Shown here piece by piece: positions 1-9,153 of a DNA stretch of 64,000 bases (the stretch's first letter is position 1; each line of letters opens with the position of its first letter). The stretch is taken from the NCBI GenBank assembly GCA_021772435.1, contig JAJFLZ010000020.1:22983-86982 (forward strand), given 5' to 3'. The stretch is from Chlamydiota bacterium. Its GTDB lineage: Bacteria; Chlamydiota; Chlamydiia; Chlamydiales; JACKPQ01. The position numbers and the translations under genes are program-made. Under the pieces are notes generated by a model, which was not told the DNA's origin, did no database searches, and saw only the letters and a program-made list of their open reading frames with translations.

Positions 1-450
1 GGAATGACTTGTCGGGATGGCCTCTGGAAAAACCTTTAAAAGTTCTTCCTGGCTTGTTTTAAGCAAATTTGCTCGAGTGGTTGTGGGAGCTGGGGTATTG
101 AGTGCTTGGCAAAGAGTATCGGCCCGGTCGGGATAGGCGTCATTTAAAAGAGTATATAAAAATTTTGGAAAACTAACCTGGATGTGCTTGGGAAAGTGGG
201 ATATGTTTTCGCGAAAAGTTGGATATGCATCGAGGCGTTTTTCCCAACTTGTGGGTTTGTCAATTTGGGCATCGATGAGACCTTGCCAGCGGATCATGGT
301 GTAAAGTGTGTCGCAAATAACTCTACGGTCTTTAGAACCAACGGCTTTGTTTGCTCGGAAATATTTTGCCAGGTAGGCATCGAGAGGCATTCGGACCTCT
401 TCAAAGGTCGTTAAAATTTTTAATAAATGGTGGTGACGAAAGGATCTCAT
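1..450 (-). CDS. RsmB/Sun-like rRNA methyltransferase, N-terminal part (gene runs off the left edge)
   Basis: Not in the ORF track. My own minus-strand translation from ATG 450-448 gives MRSFRHHHLLKILTTFEEVRMPLDAYLAKYFRANKAVGSKDRRVICDTLYTMIRWQGLIDAQI... and stays open to base 1. The pattern resembles the NusB-like N-terminus of RsmB. Confidence 0.4.
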   Translation of the reverse strand, partial: MRSFRHHHLLKILTTFEEVRMPLDAYLAKYFRANKAVGSKDRRVICDTLYTMIRWQGLIDAQIDKPTSWEKRLDAYPTFRENISHFPKHIQVSFPKFLYTLLNDAYPDRADTLCQALNTPAPTTTRANLLKTSQEELLKVFPEAIPTSHS

Positions 451-480
451 AGGTATAGTATAAAGGAAGGAGAATTTTAT

Positions 481-933
481 ATGTGGAATAGAGTTTTGAT
501 TATTCTTGGCCGTATACTTATCGCTTATATTTTCATTATTGGAGCCGCGAATAAAATTTTTAATTGGTCTGTGATGAGCGAACACACCTCCGCTATCTTT
601 TCCGACTGGAAAGCGTACTCCACAGGCATTGGCTCACTTGAATCGATTTTTGGCATGTTAGAGCCAATCTCGACCTTCCTTCTTGTGATTGCCACAGTGC
701 TAGAGCTCATCGGGGGCATTTCAGTGCTCATCGGTTTTAGACCGAAATGGGGAACCTTCTGTTTAATTCTATTCTTAATACCGACAACAATCCTTTATCA
801 TCATTTCTGGTTTTTAGAAGGTCAAGTAAGAGAGACTGAGCTTGTTTCATTCATGAAAAACTGCTCGATTTTAGGTGGTCTCTTAATTCTCTGGGCTGCT
901 ACCTCCATGCAAAGGAAATTGCGCAACTTATGA
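481..933 (+). CDS. DoxX-family membrane protein
   Basis: ORF 427..933. The likely start is ATG 481 (MWNRVLIILGRILIAY...) after AAGGAAGGAG. It has about four hydrophobic helices and a DoxX-like ELIGGISVLIGF segment. Confidence 0.55.
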   Translation: MWNRVLIILGRILIAYIFIIGAANKIFNWSVMSEHTSAIFSDWKAYSTGIGSLESIFGMLEPISTFLLVIATVLELIGGISVLIGFRPKWGTFCLILFLIPTTILYHHFWFLEGQVRETELVSFMKNCSILGGLLILWAATSMQRKLRNL

Positions 934-1022
934 ACCTGAATTTCGGGTTTATATCATTCATTTTCAGGCATCTTAGTCGCTATCTTGCACCCTTTTTGTG
1001 CTTGTTACCCAAAACTCAGGTT
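933..1022 (+). mobile_element. MITE-like element, short 90-bp derivative (copy 1)
   Basis: Termini are AACCTGAATTTCGGGTTT...CCCAAAACTCAGGTT. It is flanked by ATG/ATG (930-932, 1023-1025). It matches the ends of the 166-bp copies at 38469 and 42856 and has an internal deletion of about 76 bp. Confidence 0.85.
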
Positions 1023-2507
1023 ATGATGGCTTATTTCCTGATGATTTCAGGAGGGGTATGTGTGCTGCTCTGTCCGCCACTTGCCGGTGTTTTGGGCTAC
1101 GCGCTATTCTGGGTGGGTCTTTTAAAAGCTCCAAAACACGCTTTTTGGAAAGCTTTGATTTGGGGGACACTACTTCTGGCTGTGCAGCTATTTTGGCTAG
1201 CTACCCCTGAGTATCACGGTGGTTTTATCATCGTTGCCTACGCACTAATCTGTTTGCTCATGGGATTGATGTGGGCGGGTTTTTCACATCTTGTAAAAAA
1301 AAATATGCATCCACCCCTTCTCCTCGCTGCTATTTGGACGCTCATTGAATGGGCACGATTGCATCTGCTGTGCGGCTTTGCTTGGGACCACGCTGGAATG
1401 GCGCTGGGAAGCACGATTTGGGGAAGACAACTGGCATCAGTAGCGGGCGTATTGGGGCTGACATTTGTTGTGATTTACACCAATCTTTTGTTTTTAAAAC
1501 ACAAGCGTTCCTGGGCAGTCGCTGCTATTGCTCCTTATCTTTTTGGATTTGCACATCTCGCCTATCACGAAAACAAAATGCAAGATGCACCAAAGGGAAA
1601 AGCGCTCCTCATCCAAACGGGTCTTTTACCTGAGCAAAAAGCGCCATTGCATGGCCGATTAGATACCTTTATCGACCCTTTGCAGCAGTGGAAACGGGTC
1701 ATCACGGATTGGGCGGAAGTCGATTGGATTGTCTTTCCTGAAGCAGCATTTCCCTACGGTGCAAACACGCCCCTATTCCACCAAACGCACATCGACCAAT
1801 TATTTGAAACTACAGACCTTGTCGATCAAAAATGGAGCCATCTCGACATTGCCAAACATATTGCTAAGACCTCAAATGCCGAAGTCATCATTGGTTTAGA
1901 TGACTATGATGAAAAAGGGAACTACAACCGTGTTTTTCACCTCTTGCCAGATGGAACGACCACAACTTGGGATAAGAAAAAGCTTTTACCCATCGCTGAA
2001 TGCATGCCTTTTTCATTTCTCAAACCACTCGCTGCTCGTTATGGCATCACCGAATTTTTCTCTCCAGGAGACACCCAATCTCTTGCAGGCTCAAAAATAC
2101 CACTCACGGCATCTGTCTGTTATGATGAATGTTTCAGCTCAGTCATTCGCCAACCCTACGCTAAACTACACATCAATGTGACAAATGATGGCTGGTATCC
2201 AGGCACCAACCTCAATCGCGTCCATTTTAGGCATGCCAGATTGCGCGCCATTGAAAATGGCATTCCGCACCTGCGTGCTTGCAACACAGGGGTGACAGCA
2301 GCCATCGACAGCCTAGGCCGCACCATTGCTAAATTAGACACAGAAAACCCGGGATACCTCAAAGCGGAATTCCCGCTCTACAGCTACCCTACTCTCTTCA
2401 AGCACTTCGGCAACGCCCCCTTGCTCGCCCTCTGCTTTGCCCTCCTGGCTATCCGAGTTTTAGTCCGTCTTTTCCCTAGATTTACACGTAAATCCCCAGT
2501 CATGTAA
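1023..2507 (+). CDS. lnt: apolipoprotein N-acyltransferase
   Basis: Multi-TM N-terminus plus a CN-hydrolase domain (VFPEAAFP, KKKLLP, SVCYDECF). ORF-track start 930 adds 31 MITE-derived codons, so I prefer ATG 1023 (MMAYFLM...). Confidence 0.85.
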   Translation: MMAYFLMISGGVCVLLCPPLAGVLGYALFWVGLLKAPKHAFWKALIWGTLLLAVQLFWLATPEYHGGFIIVAYALICLLMGLMWAGFSHLVKKNMHPPLLLAAIWTLIEWARLHLLCGFAWDHAGMALGSTIWGRQLASVAGVLGLTFVVIYTNLLFLKHKRSWAVAAIAPYLFGFAHLAYHENKMQDAPKGKALLIQTGLLPEQKAPLHGRLDTFIDPLQQWKRVITDWAEVDWIVFPEAAFPYGANTPLFHQTHIDQLFETTDLVDQKWSHLDIAKHIAKTSNAEVIIGLDDYDEKGNYNRVFHLLPDGTTTTWDKKKLLPIAECMPFSFLKPLAARYGITEFFSPGDTQSLAGSKIPLTASVCYDECFSSVIRQPYAKLHINVTNDGWYPGTNLNRVHFRHARLRAIENGIPHLRACNTGVTAAIDSLGRTIAKLDTENPGYLKAEFPLYSYPTLFKHFGNAPLLALCFALLAIRVLVRLFPRFTRKSPVM

Positions 2508-2538
2508 AACCGCGCCTACATCTGAAAAATAACAAGTA

Positions 2539-2581
2539 GGGCCCGGAGCAAGGATTTAAAATGCGCCGAAAGAGTATCTCG
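2539..2581 (-). repeat. partial copy of dispersed repeat family B
   Basis: GGGCCCGGAGCAAGGATTTAAAATGCGCCGAAAGAGTATCTCG matches the CCCGAGCAAGGATCCAAAATGCGCCGAAAGATAATCTCG end of the 63455-63610 copy. Confidence 0.7.
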
Positions 2582-2697
2582 CCTTAAAATTTATAACGAT
2601 CGGTATAGCAAGATTTTTGAATAAACACTGACGTAATCATTCTTTAGCGTTGATCAAAAAAAAGGAGTTAGGCTAGAGTCGAGTAGATGAAGTAATT

Positions 2698-3591
2698 ATG
2701 GAGGACTGTGTGTCGTTTTTTCGCGAAATGTCTTCGTCGCGCGACAAGCAGCGAACGTTAAAAAAAGAAAGTTCCATGTCTGGGACGGGGCTATTTACTG
2801 GGTCAAAAGTTCACATGCGCTTTTGTCCTGCCCCAGAAAATACGGGTATTGTATTCAAGCGCACTGACTTGAGTGGTGCACCGACGTGTCCAGCCTTTGT
2901 GGATCATGTCATCGATACGCCTAGATGTACAATTCTTGGTAAGGGTGAGTGTACCATTCAATCCGTTGAGCACGTTTTAGCTGCGATCGCTGGCTATGGC
3001 ATTGATAATCTCGTGATTGAATTGCAGGGCCCTGAAGTGCCAATTGGCGATGGCTCTGCCGTGCCGTTTATTCAAATGATCGAAGAAGCAGGCATTGCAT
3101 ATCTAAACGCTAAAAAAAAGTGGCATCGCATCACATCGCCCATTTATTGGACTCAAGGAGATGTACATCTTGTTGCATTGCCGTACGATGAGTTCCGTGT
3201 CAGCTATACGCTCAATTACCCCAATTCCAAACTTTTACGCTCGCAGTTTTACACATTTGTGCATAACGAAGAGCACTTTAAAAAAGAGATCGCAAAATGC
3301 AGAACATTTTCTCTTTATGAGGAGATTGTTCCACTGATTGAAAAAAGTCAAATCAAAGGTGGCTCACTAGAGAACGCCTTAGTGATCAAAGACGATGCGA
3401 TTTTAAATCCTGAAGGGGCTTATTTTTATGATGAGATGGCAAGGCACAAAGTGCTAGATCTTATTGGCGATTTATCATTGACAGGTATGTTGATCAAAGC
3501 GCATGTGATTGCTCTGAGGTCAGGACATGCATCTAATGCGGCTTTTGCCAAGGAAATAGTCGATCACTTCAATGCAGAAGCTTGTGTATGA
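2698..3591 (+). CDS. lpxC: UDP-3-O-acyl-GlcNAc deacetylase
   Basis: KQRTLKKE..SGTGLFTGSKVHMRFCPAPENTGIVFKRTDL parallels the E. coli LpxC N-terminus. HKVLDLIGDL motif present. The start could instead be 2728. Confidence 0.9.
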   Translation: MEDCVSFFREMSSSRDKQRTLKKESSMSGTGLFTGSKVHMRFCPAPENTGIVFKRTDLSGAPTCPAFVDHVIDTPRCTILGKGECTIQSVEHVLAAIAGYGIDNLVIELQGPEVPIGDGSAVPFIQMIEEAGIAYLNAKKKWHRITSPIYWTQGDVHLVALPYDEFRVSYTLNYPNSKLLRSQFYTFVHNEEHFKKEIAKCRTFSLYEEIVPLIEKSQIKGGSLENALVIKDDAILNPEGAYFYDEMARHKVLDLIGDLSLTGMLIKAHVIALRSGHASNAAFAKEIVDHFNAEACV

Positions 3592-4061
3592 TAACTAACA
3601 TTGATCCATTAAATACCGTAGTTAGCCATGAAGAAATCACAACAATTTTACCTCACCGTTACCCTTTTTTGCTCGTGGATCGCGTTGTCCATTTAGATTT
3701 AGACGAAAGCTACATTGTTGGACAAAAAAATCTCACATGGAACGAAGAATTTTTTCAAGGGCACTTTCCTGGCACCCCCATCATGCCTGGTGTTTTGATT
3801 TTAGAGGCATTGGCACAGACAGGTGGTATTTTAACCCACAAAAAAGGTTTCAGTACGAGTATCTCAGTTTTGCTTAGCATTAAGAATTCAAAATTTCGTA
3901 AAACGGTTGTGCCGGGTGATATTTTGCATTTGCACGTTTGGTGTAATCACGTCAGTTCCAAAGGTGGTAGAGTACAAGGCAAGGCGATGGTCGGTGATAA
4001 GCTGGCAGCTGAAGCTGAAATTGGCTTTGCTTTTGTAGACAAGGAGCAGATCGGAAGATGA
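3582..4061 (+). CDS. fabZ: 3-hydroxyacyl-ACP dehydratase
   Basis: LPHRYPFLLVDRV and FFQGHFPGTPIMPGVLILEALAQ motifs. Confidence 0.92.
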   Translation: MCMITNIDPLNTVVSHEEITTILPHRYPFLLVDRVVHLDLDESYIVGQKNLTWNEEFFQGHFPGTPIMPGVLILEALAQTGGILTHKKGFSTSISVLLSIKNSKFRKTVVPGDILHLHVWCNHVSSKGGRVQGKAMVGDKLAAEAEIGFAFVDKEQIGR

Positions 4062-4900
4062 AAAAAACAGAAATTCATCCTACAGCTGTTGTAGAAGAGG
4101 GCGCTCAAATTGGTAAAGGTGTCATCGTGGAGCCTTACGCTATCGTGAAAAAAAATGTCGTCTTAGAAGACCTCGTTGTGATTAAATCTCACGCCTACGT
4201 CGACGGGCATACAACCGTTGGAAAAGGAACGACAATTTTTCCATTTGCAAGTGTTGGCTCAAAAACACAAGATCGTAAATTCAAAGGCGAAAAAACCTAC
4301 GTTAAAATCGGTCAAAATTGTGAAATCCGTGAATATGTCACGATCAACTCTTCTTGTGGAGAAGATAGTTGCGTAACCATCGGCGATGATTGTCTATTTA
4401 TGGCCTATTGCCACGTTGCTCATCACTGCGAGATCGGTAATCACGTCACCATGGCCAACGCTAGTATGCTAGCTGGACATGTGACAATCGAAGACTGTGT
4501 GACAATCGGCGGTATGACAGCCGTGCATCAATTTTGCAGACTTGGAGCGCACTCAATGATTGGTGGGCAAAGTGGCATCGTGCACGACGTGCCACCCTAC
4601 ACTGTGGGTTTTGGAAGTCGCAGATACCGCATCGGCGGCCTTAATTTGATTGGTCTAAGGCGTCGCAAATTTTCTAGAGAAGATATTGCAGCTCTAAATC
4701 AAGCGTACAAAATTACCTATCGTTCCGGGCTGTCTCTAATCGAAGCTCTTGAAAAAATCGAAAATGAAATCGAACCGAATCCATGCATTATACATTGGCT
4801 AAATTTTGCTAGAAGCTCAAAGCGGGGGCTTTCAGGATTGGGGCTCGATGAATCAGCGCCAGATGAGCTAGAAAAGCCGCAAGATCTCGTTAACATTTAA
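4058..4900 (+). CDS. lpxA: acyl-ACP--UDP-GlcNAc O-acyltransferase
   Basis: Hexapeptide-repeat left-handed beta-helix, 280 aa, located between fabZ and fmt. Confidence 0.9.
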   Translation: MKKTEIHPTAVVEEGAQIGKGVIVEPYAIVKKNVVLEDLVVIKSHAYVDGHTTVGKGTTIFPFASVGSKTQDRKFKGEKTYVKIGQNCEIREYVTINSSCGEDSCVTIGDDCLFMAYCHVAHHCEIGNHVTMANASMLAGHVTIEDCVTIGGMTAVHQFCRLGAHSMIGGQSGIVHDVPPYTVGFGSRRYRIGGLNLIGLRRRKFSREDIAALNQAYKITYRSGLSLIEALEKIENEIEPNPCIIHWLNFARSSKRGLSGLGLDESAPDELEKPQDLVNI

Positions 4901-5820
4901 TGCGCATTGTCTTTTTCGGCACACCTACTTACGCCGAGCACATTTTAAATTACTTAATTCAACAAAAAGCAAATATCGTTGCTATTGTGACGCGTCCCGA
5001 TAAGCCCAAAGGCAGATCGCGTAAAATGCAGTCGCCACCTGTTAAAGTGCTAGCTGAGCAACAGTTGCCAGGGATCCCTATTTATCAACCTGTCAAAGCA
5101 TCGACACCGGAATTTGCTGAAACACTCAAAGCGTTAAATGCTGACCTGTTTGTCGTAGTCGCTTATGGAGAAATCATCAAACAATTTTTGCTCGATGTTC
5201 CATCTAGCGGATGTATCAATGTGCATTTTAGCTTACTTCCAAAATGGCGAGGAGCCGCGCCGATGCAACATGCGTTAATGGCTGGAGACCTAGAAACAGG
5301 TGTTTCGATTATCGAGATGGTTCTTGCGATGGATGCTGGTGATATTTTGGGAGAAGAAAAAATCTCGATTCCTCCCGAAATGACATGTGGAGAGCTTGCT
5401 CAAAAGCTTTGTACGATGGCCGGGCCGCTCTTAACAAAAGTCATTCAAAGCATTGAAGACAAAACAATAGAGCCGAAAAATCAAGATCCGGCGGGTGTTA
5501 CCATGGCGCCAAAAATTGCGACTGCTGATGCTAAAATCGATTGGGAGAAAAGCGCTCAAGAAGTGCATAACCAGGTGAGGGCCCTAAACCCAGCACCTGG
5601 GGCTTGGTGTGAAGTTTTGGTAGGTGATCAAACCAAACGACTTAAAATATTGCGCACGCAAGCCAATCCTGGAGTGGTAAATAAATATTTGAAAGAAGCC
5701 TGGTATGAGTCTTGCGGCACTGAATCTATTCAGATTTTGGAGATACAGCTCGAGGGCAAGCGCGCAATGACAACTAAAGAATTTATTGCTGGTGTGCATA
5801 AATTAGAAATTGTCAAATAG
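4900..5820 (+). CDS. fmt: methionyl-tRNA formyltransferase
   Basis: MRIVFFGTP..., HFSLLPKWRGAAPMQHAL. Confidence 0.92.
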   Translation: MRIVFFGTPTYAEHILNYLIQQKANIVAIVTRPDKPKGRSRKMQSPPVKVLAEQQLPGIPIYQPVKASTPEFAETLKALNADLFVVVAYGEIIKQFLLDVPSSGCINVHFSLLPKWRGAAPMQHALMAGDLETGVSIIEMVLAMDAGDILGEEKISIPPEMTCGELAQKLCTMAGPLLTKVIQSIEDKTIEPKNQDPAGVTMAPKIATADAKIDWEKSAQEVHNQVRALNPAPGAWCEVLVGDQTKRLKILRTQANPGVVNKYLKEAWYESCGTESIQILEIQLEGKRAMTTKEFIAGVHKLEIVK

Positions 5821-5853
5821 CACTCTTTACAATAACTTTAATTTTCTGTATAA

Positions 5854-6525
5854 TTGAAGCATATGGTTAAATTATTACCTATTACTTCTGAAAGTTCGCA
5901 AAAATGGTTGAAAATTCCTGAACAATTTTCTGCTGATATGGCTGATGTCGTTTTTGATCTAGGCGTTGTTACCATCAGTTGGTTTAAAAGGCTGGACCCC
6001 GCGGCATTCGATGATGCTTGCACAGTCGTCAACCTGACTAAATTACAAGGGATTTTGGGACACGGCAGTGATTTAACCCACGTTTTAGCTTTTCCAGGCC
6101 GCATCAATGGCGTTTTGAAAGCTGAAAACAGTTTTGAGCTTATAAAATCATCACTCCGTCTGTCTAGAACCGTCGCATCAATTGCCAAAATATTATTTGA
6201 TCACGCCGTGATCATCTCTCCTAAAGGTCAATTTATTGCAGGCCGCGTCAAATACGTCACTTGGGCGTTTTCAGGGGCTATCACAGTAGGCGAAAGGCTA
6301 TACGCTTTCTACGATCCGTCAGAGGAAGAAAAGTTGAATGGCAAAGGCTTGCTGATGCTCGACTTAGTCAAATCCACGGCCTTTTTGGCCTTGGGCATTT
6401 TGCGCTTATTAGACAAACCCGAGCTACGCCGCTACGTCTTGCCGCTTAGTACAATTCTTTTGATTTTAGCATCGGTCACATTCACAGGCAAAAAAATGAT
6501 TAAGGCGCAAAGCGATAATGCATAA
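5854..6525 (+). CDS. hypothetical membrane protein (Inc-like candidate, in the slot syntenic with CT529/Cap1)
   Basis: 223-aa ORF with a C-terminal hydrophobic stretch LLMLDLVKSTAFLALGILRLL...LPLSTILLILASVTFTG. No recognisable domain. Confidence 0.5.
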   Translation: MKHMVKLLPITSESSQKWLKIPEQFSADMADVVFDLGVVTISWFKRLDPAAFDDACTVVNLTKLQGILGHGSDLTHVLAFPGRINGVLKAENSFELIKSSLRLSRTVASIAKILFDHAVIISPKGQFIAGRVKYVTWAFSGAITVGERLYAFYDPSEEEKLNGKGLLMLDLVKSTAFLALGILRLLDKPELRRYVLPLSTILLILASVTFTGKKMIKAQSDNA

Positions 6526-6591
6526 AAAACTAGTCTAGAATAGCTGGATTAACTACAATCGCCACTTACAAATCAAAAGAAGGAGTTAAGC

Positions 6592-7428
6592 ATGGCAGAA
6601 ATCGCCGCCACAGCAGCATCATATACATCATCACTCGTCTCATTTGTAGCCGGGGAAGGCACAATTGTCCGCGACTATTTTACAGGAACATCCACTGCGA
6701 AATCCGCAATGAAAGGTATCCAGTGCGTCATTTTAAATGATAACACACGTACGGGCAAAAAAAACTATGACACATTAGATCAGGGAGCGCGGGCAGTCGA
6801 AACATTGTTTGACTTCCGTGAAACATTTGATCGTATCGTAAAGGTTGGAAACCACCTACCTTTAATCATAACAGGTCAAGAAAGCTTTACAGACGTCATT
6901 TATGACGGACTAGACTTAGGTGTTAGCACAATTAGCACGATTCGTGGCTTTACAAGAGCTAAGCCGGGAAAATGGGGTCTTCGCACAGTATCAGACAAAG
7001 AATACAACTACTGGACATTGGCGAAAATGTCCACATCAGCGCTTTGGAAAGGCTCTGCTGCAATAGGTAAGTGGGATACGAAGATGGATCCATTCAAACG
7101 TGCTCGTGATATTTTTATTGTTGTGATGCTTACGCAGTGTGCTGTGAACGCGTTCTTTAACTGCTATCGCGAAGATAATCAGGTCATACTCGACAAATTC
7201 GAATCTGATAAGGCAAGATATGACAAAGACTGGAACAATGGTTTAGAACGTCTTCTGTTCTATTGCGATCCCATTAAACCGATCAAGCATGATTCAATCG
7301 TGCGCTACTTCGGTTGGATTGAATCAATCTTCTGTAATTCGCTTGTAAGACGTGGCGTAGGAGTCGGTATCACAGTCAGCGCCTTTACAGCGCACCGTAA
7401 TGCGAGCTTGGCAGCGCCTGCAGCATAA
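6592..7428 (+). CDS. hypothetical protein ending in -APAA
   Basis: 278-aa ORF after AAGGAG. No recognisable motif. C-terminus is ...NASLAAPAA. Confidence 0.5.
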   Translation: MAEIAATAASYTSSLVSFVAGEGTIVRDYFTGTSTAKSAMKGIQCVILNDNTRTGKKNYDTLDQGARAVETLFDFRETFDRIVKVGNHLPLIITGQESFTDVIYDGLDLGVSTISTIRGFTRAKPGKWGLRTVSDKEYNYWTLAKMSTSALWKGSAAIGKWDTKMDPFKRARDIFIVVMLTQCAVNAFFNCYREDNQVILDKFESDKARYDKDWNNGLERLLFYCDPIKPIKHDSIVRYFGWIESIFCNSLVRRGVGVGITVSAFTAHRNASLAAPAA

Positions 7429-7500
7429 AGGTCTTGCTAAAAAATCATTTCAAACACTATCCTCTTGCCTGAACTTTATTGTAAAAGCCAAGGGGATAGC

Positions 7501-8277
7501 ATGGTTAAAATAGACGTCACTTACGCTCAAAATAAATATATACATAAAGAATACAGCACTTGGGATACGATCTCTAGTCTAGGAACAGAAATGGGATGGG
7601 TTATCCCTGAGGTGCTATGTTCCCTTGTCGATACCGTACTCGAAGTCGAAAAATCGACTAAATTTGACTCTGGACTAAAAGGTGTTTGTAACACTGCTAA
7701 GCTGACCAAAGATTTAGGCACAGTTAGCTCTGGGTATGACTTTGTTTACGCCCTGACATCTTCGCATAAAGAGCTCTTCACTAAGGGTATTGAAATTGTA
7801 CATTTCAATACTAGTTGCGTGGATAGAATCGATGCGCTGGCCTCTTTTTTAGGTGAGGTTTCAGTTGTTTGTGGTGGGGTTAAATTTTTGCACCGTATTG
7901 GAGCTGTCAACATCACGCACCTCATTGACGGTGTGGAAATCACCAAATATTCTACAGGACTGGTCTCATGCCTACTAAAAATTGGTTTAGCAAGAAATTG
8001 GATTACTACGAAGGTCCCAAAGAACGGTTCAAAAGAAGCTTTAGAGGCTCATCAGACGCGCATGACTGCCAAAAAATATAGTTATTATTCTAATGCATCA
8101 CTGGGAATGCTATATGGCGCGCTACTCGCAAGCAAGCGCATGAAAGTAAATAATTATGTTTTCTTAGTAGCGGGTCTTGCTACAAGCATCTCGATGATAG
8201 CATCGCACTTTAAAACAGCAAGGGCAGATCATGCGGAAGCGAAATTTGCAGCGACCAGAATCGCGCCTGCGGCATAG
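7501..8277 (+). CDS. hypothetical protein ending in -APAA
   Basis: ORF 7465..8277. The likely start is ATG 7501 after AAGGGGA. C-terminus is ...FAATRIAPAA. Confidence 0.5.
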   Translation: MVKIDVTYAQNKYIHKEYSTWDTISSLGTEMGWVIPEVLCSLVDTVLEVEKSTKFDSGLKGVCNTAKLTKDLGTVSSGYDFVYALTSSHKELFTKGIEIVHFNTSCVDRIDALASFLGEVSVVCGGVKFLHRIGAVNITHLIDGVEITKYSTGLVSCLLKIGLARNWITTKVPKNGSKEALEAHQTRMTAKKYSYYSNASLGMLYGALLASKRMKVNNYVFLVAGLATSISMIASHFKTARADHAEAKFAATRIAPAA

Positions 8278-8509
8278 AGAATGGCTTCTTATTTGGTTTG
8301 TTGTAGGATTCATCATCACGACGATTATTGTTAATCGATTGATTATAATGGATTTAAAGTGATAGGCGCAACTGGGAGCGTTTGAAAAAGAAATAAAGAG
8401 GTTGTGCGAAAAATACATCCTTTGGTAGGCTGCTACCTTAGCTGGCCGTAGCATTGGACACTGTTTACGAGTTCCAGAAACAAAGTTTAAGAAAAATTAG
8501 AGAAAGATC

Positions 8510-9151
8510 ATGACAAAACAACAGTTACTTGGCACCAAGCAGGGAATGACGACTTATTTCGATGAGAAAGGTAACCTTGTCGTGTGCACTCTGATTACCG
8601 TCGATAAGCACATCGCCGTGCAAGTGAAGACAGCAGACGGTAAAGATGGCTACAACGCTATCCAGTACGGCGCTAGAACTCAGAAGGCTAAACACACGAC
8701 AAAGCCAGTTGCAGGTCACTTCAAGAAAGCTGGAGTAGAACCACGCAAAAACTTATTTGAAATCCGCTTTGAAAAAGAAGCTCCTCATCAAGTTGGTGAA
8801 GAAGTCGGCCTCGAAGTATTTGAAGGCGCTGCCTTTATTGATGTTATCGGCAAATCTAAGGGAAAAGGCTTCCAAGGCGTTATCAAACGATACGGCTTCA
8901 AAGGTGGTCCTGCTGCGCACGGATCGAAATTTCACCGTTCCGGTGGATCGACAGGATGTCGCTCTACCCCGGGTCGTTGCTTACCTGGAACAAAGAAACC
9001 AGGTCATATGGGAAGCGAGAGAGTAACAATTCAAAGTTTAAAAGTTGTAAAATGTGATGCGGAAAAAGGCGTGCTGCTTGTTAAAGGCGCTATTCCTGGA
9101 GCTAAAGGCTCAACCGTATACGTTCGCACAGCAATAAAGAAGGGGTCATAA
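8510..9151 (+). CDS. rplC: 50S ribosomal protein L3
   Basis: LLGTKQGMTTYFDEKG..., FKGGPAAHGS. First gene of the operon. Confidence 0.95.
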   Translation: MTKQQLLGTKQGMTTYFDEKGNLVVCTLITVDKHIAVQVKTADGKDGYNAIQYGARTQKAKHTTKPVAGHFKKAGVEPRKNLFEIRFEKEAPHQVGEEVGLEVFEGAAFIDVIGKSKGKGFQGVIKRYGFKGGPAAHGSKFHRSGGSTGCRSTPGRCLPGTKKPGHMGSERVTIQSLKVVKCDAEKGVLLVKGAIPGAKGSTVYVRTAIKKGS

Positions 9152-9153
9152 AC

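Noticed and set aside
184-414. 76-aa plus-strand ORF at the left edge
   Set aside because: It lies antisense to a longer minus-strand frame that is open to the window edge and has an RsmB-like N-terminus. It has no RBS or motif support.
930-1022. Taking ORF-track start 930 as the native lnt start
   Set aside because: The first 31 codons are MITE sequence plus a duplicated ATG. The native start is most likely 1023, though use of 930 cannot be excluded.
5838-6188. 116-aa minus-strand ORF overlapping the 223-aa plus-strand ORF
   Set aside because: The plus-strand ORF is longer, co-oriented with its neighbours and has a hydrophobic C-terminal segment. Neither ORF has homology support, so this is a weak choice.
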